Part shown: in pieces, positions 29,461 through 42,400 of the stretch
Layout: every line of letters begins with the position of its first letter
Position numbering within the stretch: position 1 is the stretch's first letter
NCBI GenBank assembly: GCA_964035545.1
Contig: CAXIUT010000126.1
Location: forward strand, 248,001 to 312,000
Direction: 5' to 3'
DNA length: 64,000 bases
Source of the DNA: Bugula neritina
Taxonomy: Eukaryota > Animalia > Bryozoa
Program-made: the position numbers and the translations under genes
Notes under the pieces: model-generated
Database searches by the model: none
Seen by the model: the letters and a program-made list of their open reading frames with translations, nothing else
What the model was told of the DNA's origin: nothing

Positions 29461-32400
29461 GTTGCAGAATTTTTCAATGTGTTGCAGTGTATTTCAATAT
29501 GTTACAGCGTATTTCAGTATGTTGCAGTGTATTTCAGTATGTAGCAGGGTATTTCAGTATGTTGCAGTGCATTTCAGTATGCTACAGCATATTTCAGTAT
29601 GTTGCAGTATATTACAATGTGTCGCAGTATATTTCAGTATGTTGCTGTATATTTCAATGTGTTACAGTATATTTCAGTAGTTTACCATACATTTCGGTAC
29701 GTTGCAGTATATTTCAATGTGTTGCAGTGTATTTCAATATGTTACAGTGTATTTCAGTATGTTGTAGTATTTTGCCGCGTATTTCAGTATGTTGCAGTAT
29801 CTTGCAGTGTATTTCAGTATGTTGCAGTATTTTTCAATGTGTTACCGTATATTTCAGTATATTACCATATATTTAGGTATGTTGCAGTATATTTCAATGT
29901 GTTGCAGTGTATTTCAATATGTTCTAGTAATTTGTGGTGTATTTCAGTATGTTACAGTGTATTTCAGTATGTTGCAATATGTTTCAATATGTTACAGTGT
30001 ATTTCAGTATTTTGCAGTATATTTCATTGAGTTGCAGTGTATTTCAGTGTGCTACAGCATATTTCAGTATGTTGCAAAATATTGCAATGTGTCGCAGTAT
30101 GTTGCAGTATTTTTCAATGTGTTACAGTATATTTCAGTAGTTTACCATATATTTCGGTATGTTGCAGTATATTTCAATGTGTTGCAGTGTATATCAATAT
30201 GTTACAGTGTATTTGAGCATGTTGTAGTATTTTGCAGTGTATTTCAGTATGTTACAGTGTATTTCAGTATGTTGCAGTATGTTTCAATATGTTACAGTGT
30301 ATTTCAGTGTTTTGCAGTATATTTCAGTGAGTTGCAGTGTATTTCAGTGTGCTACAGTATATTTCAGTATGTTACAGTATATTGCAATGTGTCGCAGTGT
30401 ATTTCAGTATGTTGCAGTATTTTTCAAGGTGTTACAGTATATTTCAGTAGTTTACCATATATTTCGGTATGTTGCAGTATATTTCAATGTGTTGCAGTGT
30501 ATATCAATATGTTACAGTGTATTTGAGCATGTTGTAGTATTTTGCAGTGTATTTCAGTGTGTTGCAGTGTATTTCAGTATTTTGCAGTATTTTTCAATGT
30601 GTTACAGTGTATTTCGGTATATTACCGTATATTTAGGTATGTCGCAGTATATTTCAGTATGTTGCCGTATGTTTCAGTGTGTTGCAGTATATTTCATTTA
30701 GTTGCAGTGTATTTCAATTTGTTCCAGTGTATGTCAGTATAATGCAGTATGTTGCAGTGTGTTTCAGTATGTTACACTGTATTTCAGTATGTTGCAGTAT
30801 CTTGCAGTACATTTCAGTATGTTTTAGTATGTAGCAGTGTATTTCAGTATGTTGCAGTATATTTCAGTATGTTGCAGTATATTTCAGTGTGTTACTGTTT
30901 TTTCCAGTATGTTACAACACATTTCCGTATATTAAACTATATTTCAGCGAGTTACAGTATATTTCAATGTGTTGCAGTGTATTGCAATATGTTACAGCGT
31001 ATTTCGGTATGTTGCAGTGTGTTGCAGTGTAATTCAGTATATTACATTGTATTTCAGTGTGTTGCAGTTCATTTCAATATGTAGCAGGGTATTTCAGTAT
31101 AGTGCAGTGTATTTCAGTATGCTACAGCATATTTCAGTATGTTGCAGTATATTGCAATGTGTCGCAGTATATTTCAGTATGTTGCAGTACGTTGCAGTAT
31201 GTTTCAATATGTTACGGTGTATTTCAGTATGTTGCAGTATATTTCGGTGAGTTGCAGTGTATTTCAGTGTGCTACAGCATATTTCAGTATGTTACAGTAT
31301 ATTGCAATCTGTCGCAGTATATTTCAGTTTGTTGCAGTGTTTTTCAATGTGTTACAGTATATTTCATTAGTTTACCATATATTTCGGTATGTTGCAGTAT
31401 ATTTCAATATGTTACAGTGTATTTCAGCATGTTGTAGTTTTTTGCAGAATATTTCAGTGTGTTGCAGTGTACTTCAGTATTTTGCAGTATTTTTCAATGT
31501 GTTACAGTATATTTCGGTATATTACCGTATATTTAGGTATGTTTCAGTATATTTCAATCTGTTGCAGTGTATTTCAATATGTTGTAGTATGTTGCAGTGT
31601 ATTTCAGTATGTTACAGTGTATTTCAGTATGTTGCAGTATATTTCAGTATGTTACAGTGTATTTCAGTATGTTGCAGTATATTTCAGTGTGTTACAGTGT
31701 ATTTCAGTATGTTGTAGTATATTTCAGTGTGTTACAGTATATTTCAGTATGTTGCAGTATTTCTCAATGTGTTAAAGTGTATTTCAGTAGTTTACCATAT
31801 ATTTCGGTATGTTGCAGTATATTTCAGTGTGTTGCAGTGTATTTCAATATGTTACAGCGTATTTCAGTATGTTGCAGTGTGTTTCAGTATGTAGCAGGGT
31901 ATTTCAGTATGTTGCAGTGCATTTCAGTATGCTACAGCATATTTCAGTATGTTGCAGTATATTGCAATGTGTCGCAGTATATTTCAGTATGTTGCTGTAT
32001 ATTTCAATGTGTTACAGTATATTTCAGTAGTTTACCATACACTTCGGTACGTTGCAGTATATTTCAATGTGTTGCAGTGTATTTCAATATGTTACAGTGT
32101 ATTTCTGTATGTTGTAGTATTTTGCCGCGTATTTCAGTATGTTGCAGTATCTTGCAGTGTATTTCAGTATGTTGCAGTATTTTTCAATGTGTTACCGTAT
32201 ATTTCAGTATATTACCATATATTTAGGTATGTTGCAGTATATTTCAATGTGTTGCAGTGTATTTCAATATGTTCTAGTAATTTGCAGTGTATTTCAGTAT
32301 GTTACAGTGTATTTCAGTATGTTGCAGTATGTTTCAATATGTTACAGTGTATTTCAGTATTTTGCAGTATATTTCAGTGAGTTGCAGTGTATTTCAGTGT

Positions 32401-35400
32401 GCTACAGCATATTTCAGTATGTTACAGTATATTGCAATGTGTCGCAGTGTATTTCAGTATGTTGCAGTATTTTTCAAGGTGTTACAGTATATTTCAGTAG
32501 TTTACCATATATTTCGGTATGTTGCAGTATATTTCAATGTGTTGCAGTGTATATCAATATGTTACAGTGTATTTGAGCATGTTGTAGTATTTTGCAGTGT
32601 ATTTCAGTGTGTTGCAGTGTATTTCAGTATTTTGCAGTATTTTTCAATGTGTTACAGTGTATTTCGGTATATTACCGTATATTTAAGTATGTCGCAGTAT
32701 ATTTCAGTATGTTGCCGTATGTTTCAGTGTGTTGCAGTATATTTCATTTAGTTGCAGTGTATTTCAATTTGTTCCAGTGTATGTCAGTATAATGCAGTAT
32801 GTTGCAGTGTGTTTCAGTATGTTACAGTGTATTTCAGTATGTTGCAGTATCTTGCAGTACATTTCAGTATGTTTTAGTATGTAGCAGTGTATTTCAGTAT
32901 GTTGCAGTATATTTCAGTATGTTGCAGTATATTTCAGTGTGTTACTGTTTTTTCCAGTATGTTACAACACATTTCCGTATATTAAACTATATTTCAGCGA
33001 GTTACAGTATATTTCAATGTGTTGCAGTGTATTGCAATATGTTACAGCGTATTTCGGTATGTTGCAGTGTGTTGCAGTGTAATTCAGTATATTACATTGT
33101 ATTTCAGTGTGTTGCAGTTCATTTCAATATGTAGCAGGGTATTTCAGTATAGTGCAGTGTATTTCAGTATGCCACAGCATATTTCAGTATGTTGCAGTAT
33201 ATTGCAATGTGTCGCAGTATATTTCAGTATGTTGCTGTATATTTCAATGTGTTGCAGTGTATATCAATATGTTACAGTGTATTTGAGCATGTTGTAGTAT
33301 TTTGCGGCGTATTTCAGTATGTTGCAGTATCTTGCAGTATATTTCAGCATGTTGCAGTTATTTTCAATGTGTTACAGTATGTTTCAGTATATTACCGTAT
33401 ATTTAGGTATGTTGCAGTATATTTCAATGTGTTGCAGTGTATTTCAATATGTTCTAGTGTTTTGCAGTGTATTTCAGTTTGTTACAGTGTATTTCAGTAT
33501 GTTGCAGTATGTTGCAGTATGTTTCCATATGTTACAGTGTATTTCAGCATGTTGCAGTATATTTCAGTGAGTTGCAGTGTATTTCAGTGTGCTACAGCAT
33601 ATTTCAGTATGTTACAGTATATTGCAATGTGTCGCAGTATATTTCAGTATGTTGCAGTATTTTTCAATGTGTTACAGTATATTTCATTAGTTTACCATAT
33701 ATTTCGGTGTGTTGCAGTATATTTCAATGTGTTGCAGTGTATTTCAATATGTTACAGTGTATTTCAGCATGTTGTAGTTTTTTGCAGAATATTTCAGTGT
33801 GTTGCAGTGTACTTTAGTATTTTGCAGTATTTTTCAATGTGTTACAGTATATTTCGGTATATTACCGTATATTTAGGTATGTTTCAGTATATTTCAATCT
33901 GTTGCAGTGTATTTCAATATGTTGTAGTATGTTGCAGTGTATTTCAGTATGTTACAGTGTATTTCAGTATGTTGCAGTATATTTCAGTATGTTACAGTGT
34001 ATTTCAGTATGTTGCAGTATATTTCAGTGTGTTACAGTGTATTTCAGTATGTTGTAGTATATTTCAGTGTGTTACAGTATATTTCAGTATGTTGCAGTAT
34101 TTTTCAATGTGTTGCAGTGTATTTCAATATGTTACAGCGTATTTCAGTATGTTGCAGTGTATTTCAGTATGTAGCAGGGTATTTCAGTATGTTGCAGTGC
34201 ATTTCAGTATGCTACAGCATATTTCAGTATGTTGCAGTATATTGCAATGTGTCGCAGTATATTTCAGTATGTTGCTGTATATTTCAATGTGTTACAGTAT
34301 ATTTCAGTAGTTTATCATACATTTCGGTACGTTGCAGTATATTTCAATGTGTTGCAGTGTATTTCAATATGTTACAGTGTATTTCAGTATGTTGTAGTAT
34401 TTTGCCGCGTATTTCAGTATGTTGCAGTATCTTGCAGTGTATTTCAGTATGTTGCAGTATTTTTCAATGTGTTACCGTATATTTCAGTATATTACCATAT
34501 ATTTAGGTATGTTGCAGTATATTTCAATGTGTTGCAGTGTATTTCAATATGTTCTAGTAATTTGTGGTGTATTTCAGTATGTTACAGTGTATTTCAGTAT
34601 GTTGCAGTATGTTTCAATATGTTACAGTGTATTTCAGTATTTTGCAGTATATTTCAGTGAGTTGCAGTGTATTTCAGTGTGCTACAGCATATTTCAGTAT
34701 GTTGCAGTATATTGCAATGTGTCGCAGTATGTTGCAGTATTTTTCAATGTGTTACAGTATATTTCAGTAGTTTACCATATATTTCGGTATGTTGCAGTAT
34801 ATTTCAATGTGTTGCAGTGTATATCAATATGTTACAGTGTATTTGAGCATGTTGTAGTATTTTGCAGTGTATTTCAGTATGTTACAGTGTATTTCAGTAT
34901 GTTGCAGTATGTTTCAATATGTTACAGTGTATTTCAGTATTTTGCAGTATATTTCAGTGAGTTGCAGTGTATTTCAGTGTGCTACAGCATATTTCAGTAT
35001 GTTACAGTATATTGCAATGTGTCGCAGTGTATTTCAGTATGTTGCAGTATTTTTCAAGGTGTTACAGTATATTTCAGTAGTTTACCATATATTTCGGTAT
35101 GTTGCAGTATATTTCAATGTGTTGCAGTGTATATCAATATGTTACAGTGTATTTGAGCATGTTGTAGTATTTTGCAGTGTATTTCAGTGTGTTGCAGTGT
35201 ATTTCAGTATTTTGCAGTATTTTTTAAATGTGTTACAGTGTATTTCGGTATATTACCGTATATTTAGGTATGTCGCAGTATATTTCAGTATGTTGCCGTA
35301 TGTTTCAGTGTGTTGCAGTATATTTCATTTAGTTGCAGTGTATTTCAATTTGTTCCAGTGTATGTCAGTATAATGCAGTATGTTGCAGTGTGTTTCAGTA

Positions 35401-37880
35401 TGTTACAGTGTATTTCAGTATGTTGCAGTATCTTGCAGTACATTTCAGTATGTTTTATTATGTAGCAGTGTATTTCAGTATGTTGCAATATATTTCAGTA
35501 TGTTGCAGTATATTTCAGTGTGTTACTGTTTTTTCCAGTATGTTACAACACATTTCCGTATATTAAACTATATTTCAGCGAGTTACAGTATATTTCAATG
35601 TGTTGCAGTGTATTGCAATATGTTACAGCGTATTTCGGTATGTTGCAGTGTGTTGCAGTGTAATTCAGTATATTACATTGTATTTCAGTGTGTTGCAGTT
35701 CATTTCAATATGTAGCAGGGTATTTCAGTATAGTGCAGTGTATTTCAGTATGCTACAGCATATTTCAGTATGTTGCAGTATATTGCAATGTGTCGCAGTA
35801 TATTTCAGTATGTTGCAGTACGTTGCAGTATGTTTCAATATGTTACGGTGTATTTCAGTATGTTGCAGTATTTTTCAATGTGTTAAAGTGTATTTCAGTA
35901 GTTTACCATATATTTCGGTATGTTGCAGTATATTTCAATGTGTTGCAGTGTATTTCAATATGTTACAGCGTATTTCAGTATGGTGCAGTGTATTTCAGTA
36001 TGCAGCAGGGTATTTCAGTATGTTGCAGTGCATTTCGGTATGCTACAGCATATTTCAGTATGTTGCAGTATATTGCAATGTGTCGCAGTATATTTCAGTA
36101 TGTTGCTGTATATTTCAATGTGTTGCAGTATATTTCAGTATGTAGCAGTGTATTTCAGTATGTTGCAGTATATTTCAGTGAGTTGCAGTAAATTTCAGTG
36201 TGCTACAACATATTTCAGTGTGTTACAGTATATTGCAATGTGTCGCAGTATATTTCAGTATGTTGCAGTATTGTTCAATGTGTTACAGTATATTTCAGTA
36301 GTTTACCATACATTTCAGGACGTCGCAGTATATTTCAATGTGTTGCAGTGTATTTCAATATGTTACAGTGTATTTCAGTATGTTGTAGTATTTTGCGGCG
36401 TATTTCAGTATGTTGCAGTATCTTGCAGCATATTTCAGCATGTTGCAGTTATTTTCAATATGTTACAGTATGTTGCAGTATATTTCAATGTGTTGCAGTG
36501 TATTTCAATATGTTCTTGTGTTTTGCAGTGTATTTCAGTTTGTTACAGTGTATTTCAGTATGTTGCAGTATGTTGCAGTATGTTTCAATATGTTTCAGTG
36601 TATTTCAGCATGTTGCAGTATATTTCAGTGAGTTGCAGTGTATTTCAGTGTGCTACAGCATATTTCAGTATGTTACAGTATATTGCAATGTGTCGCAGTA
36701 TATTTCAGTATGTTGCAATATTTTTCAATGTGTTACAGTATATTTCATTAGTTTACCATATATTTCGGTGTGTTGCAGTATATTTCAATGTGTTGCAGTG
36801 TATTTCAATATGTTGTAGTATGTTGCAGTGTATTTCAGTATGTTACAGTGTATTTCAGTATGTTGCAGTATATTTCAGTATGTTACAGTGTATTTCAGTA
36901 TGTTGCAGTATATTTCAGTGTGTTACAGTGTATTTCAGTATGTTGTAGTATATTTCAGTGTGTTACAGTATATTTCAGTATGTTGCAGTATTTTTCAATG
37001 TGTTGCAGTGTATTTCAATATGTTACAGCGTATTTCAGTATGTTGCAGTGTATTTCAGTATGTAGCAGGGTATTTCAGTATGTTGCAGTGCATTTCAGTA
37101 TGCTACAGCATATTTCAGTATGTTGCAGTATATTACAATGTGTCGCAGTATATTTCAGTATGTTACTGTATATTTCAATGTGTTACAGTATATTTCAGTA
37201 GTTTACCATACATTTCGGTACGTTGCAGTATATTTCAATGTGTTGCAGTGTATTTCAGTATTTTGCAGTATTTTTCAATGTGTTACAGTGTATTTCGGTA
37301 TATTACCGTATATTTAAGTATGTCGCAGTATATTTCAGTATGTTGCCGTATGTTTCAGTGTGTTGCAGTATATTTCATTTAGTTGCAGTGTATTTCAATT
37401 TGTTCCAGTGTATGTCAGTATAATGCAGTATGTTGCAGTGTGTTTCAGTATGTTACAGTGTATTTCAGTATGTTGCAGTATCTTGCAGTACATTTCAGTA
37501 TGTTTTAGTATGTAGCAGTGTATTTCAGTATGTTGCAGTATATTTCAGTATGTTGCAGTATATTTCAGTGTGTTACTGTTTTTTCCAGTATGTTACAACA
37601 CATTTCCGTATATTAAACTATATTTCAGCGAGTTACAGTATATTTCAATGTGTTGCAGTGTATTGCAATATGTTACAGCGTATTTCGGTATGTTGCAGTG
37701 TGTTGCAGTGTAATTCAGTATATTACATTGTATTTCAGTGTGTTGCAGTTCATTTCAATATGTAGCAGGGTATTTCAGTATAGTGCAGTGTATTTCAGTA
37801 TGCCACAGCATATTTCAGTATGTTGCAGTATATTGCAATGTGTCGCAGTATATTTCAGTATGTTGCTGTATATTTCAATG
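29461..37880 (+). repeat. ~8.4-kb copy of ~19181-27580 (offset 10280, then 10301 after a 21-bp loss at ~23471-23482 in the first copy)
   Basis: ORF pairs 19509/29789 and 22909/33189 (10280); 23636/33937, 25619/35920 and 27129/37430 (10301). Private variants atttcattga, gttacactgt and atttcggtga are shared. Confidence 0.9.
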
Positions 37881-39291
37881 TGTTGCAGTGTATATCAATA
37901 TGTTACAGTGTATTTGAGCATGTTGTAGTATTTTGCGGCGTATTTCAGTATGTTGCAGTATCTTGCAGTATATTTCAGCATGTTGCAGTTATTTTCAATG
38001 TGTTACAGTATGTTTCAGTATATTACCGTATATTTAGGTATGTTGCAATATATTTCAATGTGTTGCAGTGTATTTCAATATGTTCTAGTGTTTTGCAGTG
38101 TATTTCAGTTTGTTACAGTGTATTTCAGTATGTTGCAGTATGTTGCAGTATGTTTCCATATGTTACAGTGTATTTCAGCATGTTGCAGTATATTTCAGTG
38201 AGTTGCAGTGTATTTCAGTGTGCTACAGCATATTTCAGTATGTTACAGTATATTGCAATGTGTCGCAGTATATTTCAGTATGTTGCAGTATTTTTCAATG
38301 TGTTACAGTATATTTCATTAGTTTACCATATATTTCGGTGTGTTGCAGTATATTTCAATGTGTTGCAGTGTATTTCAATATGTTACAGTGTATTTCAGCA
38401 TGTTGTAGTTTTTTGCAGAATATTTCAGTGTGTTGCAGTGTACTTTAGTATTTTGCAGTATTTTTCAATGTGTTACAGTATATTTCGGTACATTACCGTA
38501 TATTTAAGTATGTCGCAGTATATTTCAGTATGTTGCCGTATGTTTCAGTGTGTTGCAGTATATTTCATTTAGTTGCAGTGTATTTCAATTTGTTCCAGTG
38601 TATGTCAGTATAATGCAGTATGTTGCAGTGTGTTTCAGTATGTTACAGTGTATTTCAGTATGTTGCAGTATCTTGCAGTACATTTCAGTATGTTTTAGTA
38701 TGTAGCAGTGTATTTCAGTATGTTGCAGTATATTTCAGTATGTTGCAGTATATTTCAGTGTGTTACTGTTTTTTCCAGTATGTTACAACACATTTCCGTA
38801 TATTAAACTATATTTCAGCGAGTTACAGTATATTTCAATGTGTTGCAGTGTATTGCAATATGTTACAGCGTATTTCGGTATGTTGCAGTGTGTTGCAGTG
38901 TAATTCAGTATATTACATTGTATTTCAGTGTGTTGCAGTTCATTTCAATATGTAGCAGGGTATTTCAGTATAGTGCAGTGTATTTCAGTATGCCACAGCA
39001 TATTTCAGTATGTTGCAGTATATTGCAATGTGTCGCAGTATATTTCAGTATGTTGCTGTATATTTCAATGTGTTGCAGTGTATATCAATATGTTACAGTG
39101 TATTTGAGCATGTTGTAGTATTTTGCGGCGTATTTCAGTATGTTGCAGTATCTTGCAGTATATTTCAGCATGTTGCAGTTATTTTCAATGTGTTACAGTA
39201 TGTTTCAGTATGTATTTCAATATGTTCTAGTGTTTTGCAGTGTATTTCAGTTTGTTACAGTGTATTTCAATATGTTGCAGTATGTTGCAGT

Positions 39292-39482
39292 ATGTTTGTT
39301 TGTTTGTTTGTTTGGTTTATTTCATCAAAGGTATTTAATAACACAAGGACATTAGAAAATGCCAAGGAGGCGATGATGAGGCCCATTGCGCTATAGCCTA
39401 GCTAGTCATGCGCGGGCCAACACGAGCTGACAGCGACTCTATCCAGAAAAATACAAAAAAATACAACTATTCTAACATGTTT
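39292..39482 (-). mobile_element. Short insertion, probably the 3' end of a 5'-truncated non-LTR retrotransposon (LINE or LINE-mobilised SINE) with an (AAAC)n tail; 179 bp (39298-39476) between two ATGTTT copies
   Basis: This is the only non-satellite sequence in the window. The minus strand ends ...GATGAAATAAACC(AAAC)5AT, with AATAAA at 39316-39321 and (GTTT)5 at 39294-39313 on +. ATGTTT occurs at 39292-39297 and 39477-39482, whereas paralogous empty sites read GCAGT-ATGTTT-CCATATG. The retroelement assignment is inferred from these hallmarks, not from a database match. Confidence 0.75.
39294..39313 (+). repeat. (GTTT)5 microsatellite, the putative 3' tail of the insert
   Basis: gtttgtttgtttgtttgttt read directly from the sequence. 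Confidence 0.9.
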
Positions 39483-42400
39483 CCATATGTTACAGTGCAT
39501 TTCAGCATGTTGCAGTATATTTCAGTGAGTTGCAGTGTATTTCAGTGTGCTACAGCATATTTCAGTATGTTACAGTATATTGCAATGTGTCGCAGTATAT
39601 TTCAGTATGTTGCAGTATTTTTCAATGTGTTACAGTATATTTCATTAGTTTACCATATATTTCGGTGTGTTGCAGTATATTTCAATGTGTTGCAGTGTAT
39701 TTCAATATGTTACAGTGTATTTCAGCATGTTGTAGTTTTTTGCAGAATATTTTAGTGTGTTGCAGTGTACTTTAGTATTTTGCAGTATTTTTCAATGTGT
39801 TACAGTATATTTCGGTATATTACCGTATATTTAGGTATGTTTCAGTATATTTCAATCTGTTGCAGTGTATTTCAATATGTTGTAGTATGTTGCAGTGTAT
39901 TTCAGTATGTTACAGTGTATTTCAGTATGTTGCAGTATATTTCAGTATGTTACAGTGTATTTCAGTATGTTGCAGTATATTTCAGTGTGTTACAGTGTAT
40001 TTCAGTATGTTGTAGTATATTTCAGTGTGTTACAGTATATTTCAGTATGTTGCAGTATTTTTCAATGTGTTGCAGTGTATTTCAATATGTTACAGCGTAT
40101 TTCAGTATGTTGCAGTGTATTTCAGTATGTAGCAGGGTATTTCAGTATGTTGCAGTGCATTTCAGTATGCTACAGCATATTTCAGTATGTTGCAGTATAT
40201 TGCAATGTGTCGCAGTATATTTCAGTATGTTGCTGTATATTTCAATGTGTTACAGTATATTTCAGTAGTTTATCATACATTTCGGTACGTTGCAGTATAT
40301 TTCAATGTGTTGCAGTGTATTTCAATATGTTACAGTGTATTTCAGTATGTTGTAGTATTTTGCCGCGTATTTCAGTATGTTGCAGTATCTTGCAGTGTAT
40401 TTCAGTATGTTGCAGTATTTTTCAATGTGTTACCGTATATTTCAGTATATTACCATATATTTAGGTATTTTGCAGTATATTTCAATGTGTTGCAGTGTAT
40501 TTCAATATGTTCTAGTAATTTGTGGTGTATTTCAGTATGTTACAGTGTATTTCAGTATGTTGCAGTATGTTTCAATATGTTACAGTGTATTTCAGTATTT
40601 TGCAGTATATTTCAGTGAGTTGCAGTGTATTTCAGTGTGCTACAGCATATTTCAGTATGTTGCAGTATATTGCAATGTGTCGCAGTATGTTGCAGTATTT
40701 TTCAATGTGTTACAGTATATTTCAGTAGTTTACCATATATTTCGGTATGTTGCAGTATATTTCAATGTGTTGCAGTGTATATCAATATGTTACAGTGTAT
40801 TTGAGCATGTTGTAGTATTTTGCAGTGTATTTCAGTATGTTACAGTGTATTTCAGTATGTTGCAGTATGTTTCAATATGTTACAGTGTATTTCAGTATTT
40901 TGCAGTATATTTCAGTGAGTTGCAGTGTATTTCAGTGTGCTACAGCATATTTCAGTATGTTACAGTATATTGCAATGTGTCGCAGTGTATTTCAGTATGT
41001 TGCAGTATTTTTCAAGGTGTTACAGTATATTTCAGTAGTTTACCATATATTTCGGTATGTTGCAGTATATTTCAATGTGTTGCAGTGTATATCAATATGT
41101 TACAGTGTATTTGAGCATGTTGTAGTATTTTGCAGTGTATTTCAGTGTGTTGCAGTGTATTTCAGTATTTTGCAGTATTTTTTAAATGTGTTACAGTGTA
41201 TTTCGGTATATTACCGTATATTTAGGTATGTCGCAGTATATTTCAGTATGTTGCCGTATGTTTCAGTGTGTTGCAGTATATTTCATTTAGTTGCAGTGTA
41301 TTTCAATTTGTTCCAGTGTATGTCAGTATAATGCAGTATGTTGCAGTGTGTTTCAGTATGTTACAGTGTATTTCAGTATGTTGCAGTATCTTGCAGTACA
41401 TTTCAGTATGTTTTATTATGTAGCAGTGTATTTCAGTATGTTGCAATATATTTCAGTATGTTGCAGTATATTTCAGTGTGTTACTGTTTTTTCCAGTATG
41501 TTACAACACATTTCCGTATATTAAACTATATTTCAGCGAGTTACAGTATATTTCAATGTGTTGCAGTGTATTGCAATATGTTACAGCGTATTTCGGTATG
41601 TTGCAGTGTGTTGCAGTGTAATTCAGTATATTACATTGTATTTCAGTGTGTTGCAGTTCATTTCAATATGTAGCAGGGTATTTCAGTATAGTGCAGTGTA
41701 TTTCAGTATGCTACAGCATATTTCAGTATGTTGCAGTATATTGCAATGTGTCGCAGTATATTTCAGTATGTTGCAGTACGTTGCAGTATGTTTCAATATG
41801 TTACGGTGTATTTCAGTATGTTGCAGTATTTTTCAATGTGTTAAAGTGTATTTCAGTAGTTTACCATATATTTCGGTATGTTGCAGTATATTTCAATGTG
41901 TTGCAGTGTATTTCAATATGTTACAGCGTATTTCAGTATGGTGCAGTGTATTTCAGTATGCAGCAGGGTATTTCAGTATGTTGCAGTGCATTTCGGTATG
42001 CTACAGCATATTTCAGTATGTTGCAGTATATTGCAATGTGTCGCAGTATATTTCAGTATGTTGCTGTATATTTCAATGTGTTGCAGTATATTTCAGTATG
42101 TAGCAGTGTATTTCAGTATGTTGCAGTATATTTCAGTGAGTTGCAGTAAATTTCAGTGTGCTACAACATATTTCAGTGTGTTACAGTATATTGCAATGTG
42201 TCGCAGTATATTTCAGTATGTTGCAGTATTGTTCAATGTGTTACAGTATATTTCAGTAGTTTACCATACATTTCAGGACGTCGCAGTATATTTCAATGTG
42301 TTGCAGTGTATTTCAATATGTTACAGTGTATTTCAGTATGTTGTAGTATTTTGCGGCGTATTTCAGTATGTTGCAGTATCTTGCAGTATATTTCAGCATG

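Noticed and set aside
39447-39464. AAAAATAC twice at 10-bp spacing inside the insert, resembling the satellite's reverse strand
   Set aside because: This is a short low-complexity match, consistent with a T-rich 3' UTR by chance.
39010-39755. ORFs with non-repetitive peptide (39010..39396, 39140..39355, 39408..39755)
   Set aside because: These are satellite frames reading through the insert, antisense to its inferred orientation. They are short and have no recognisable motif.
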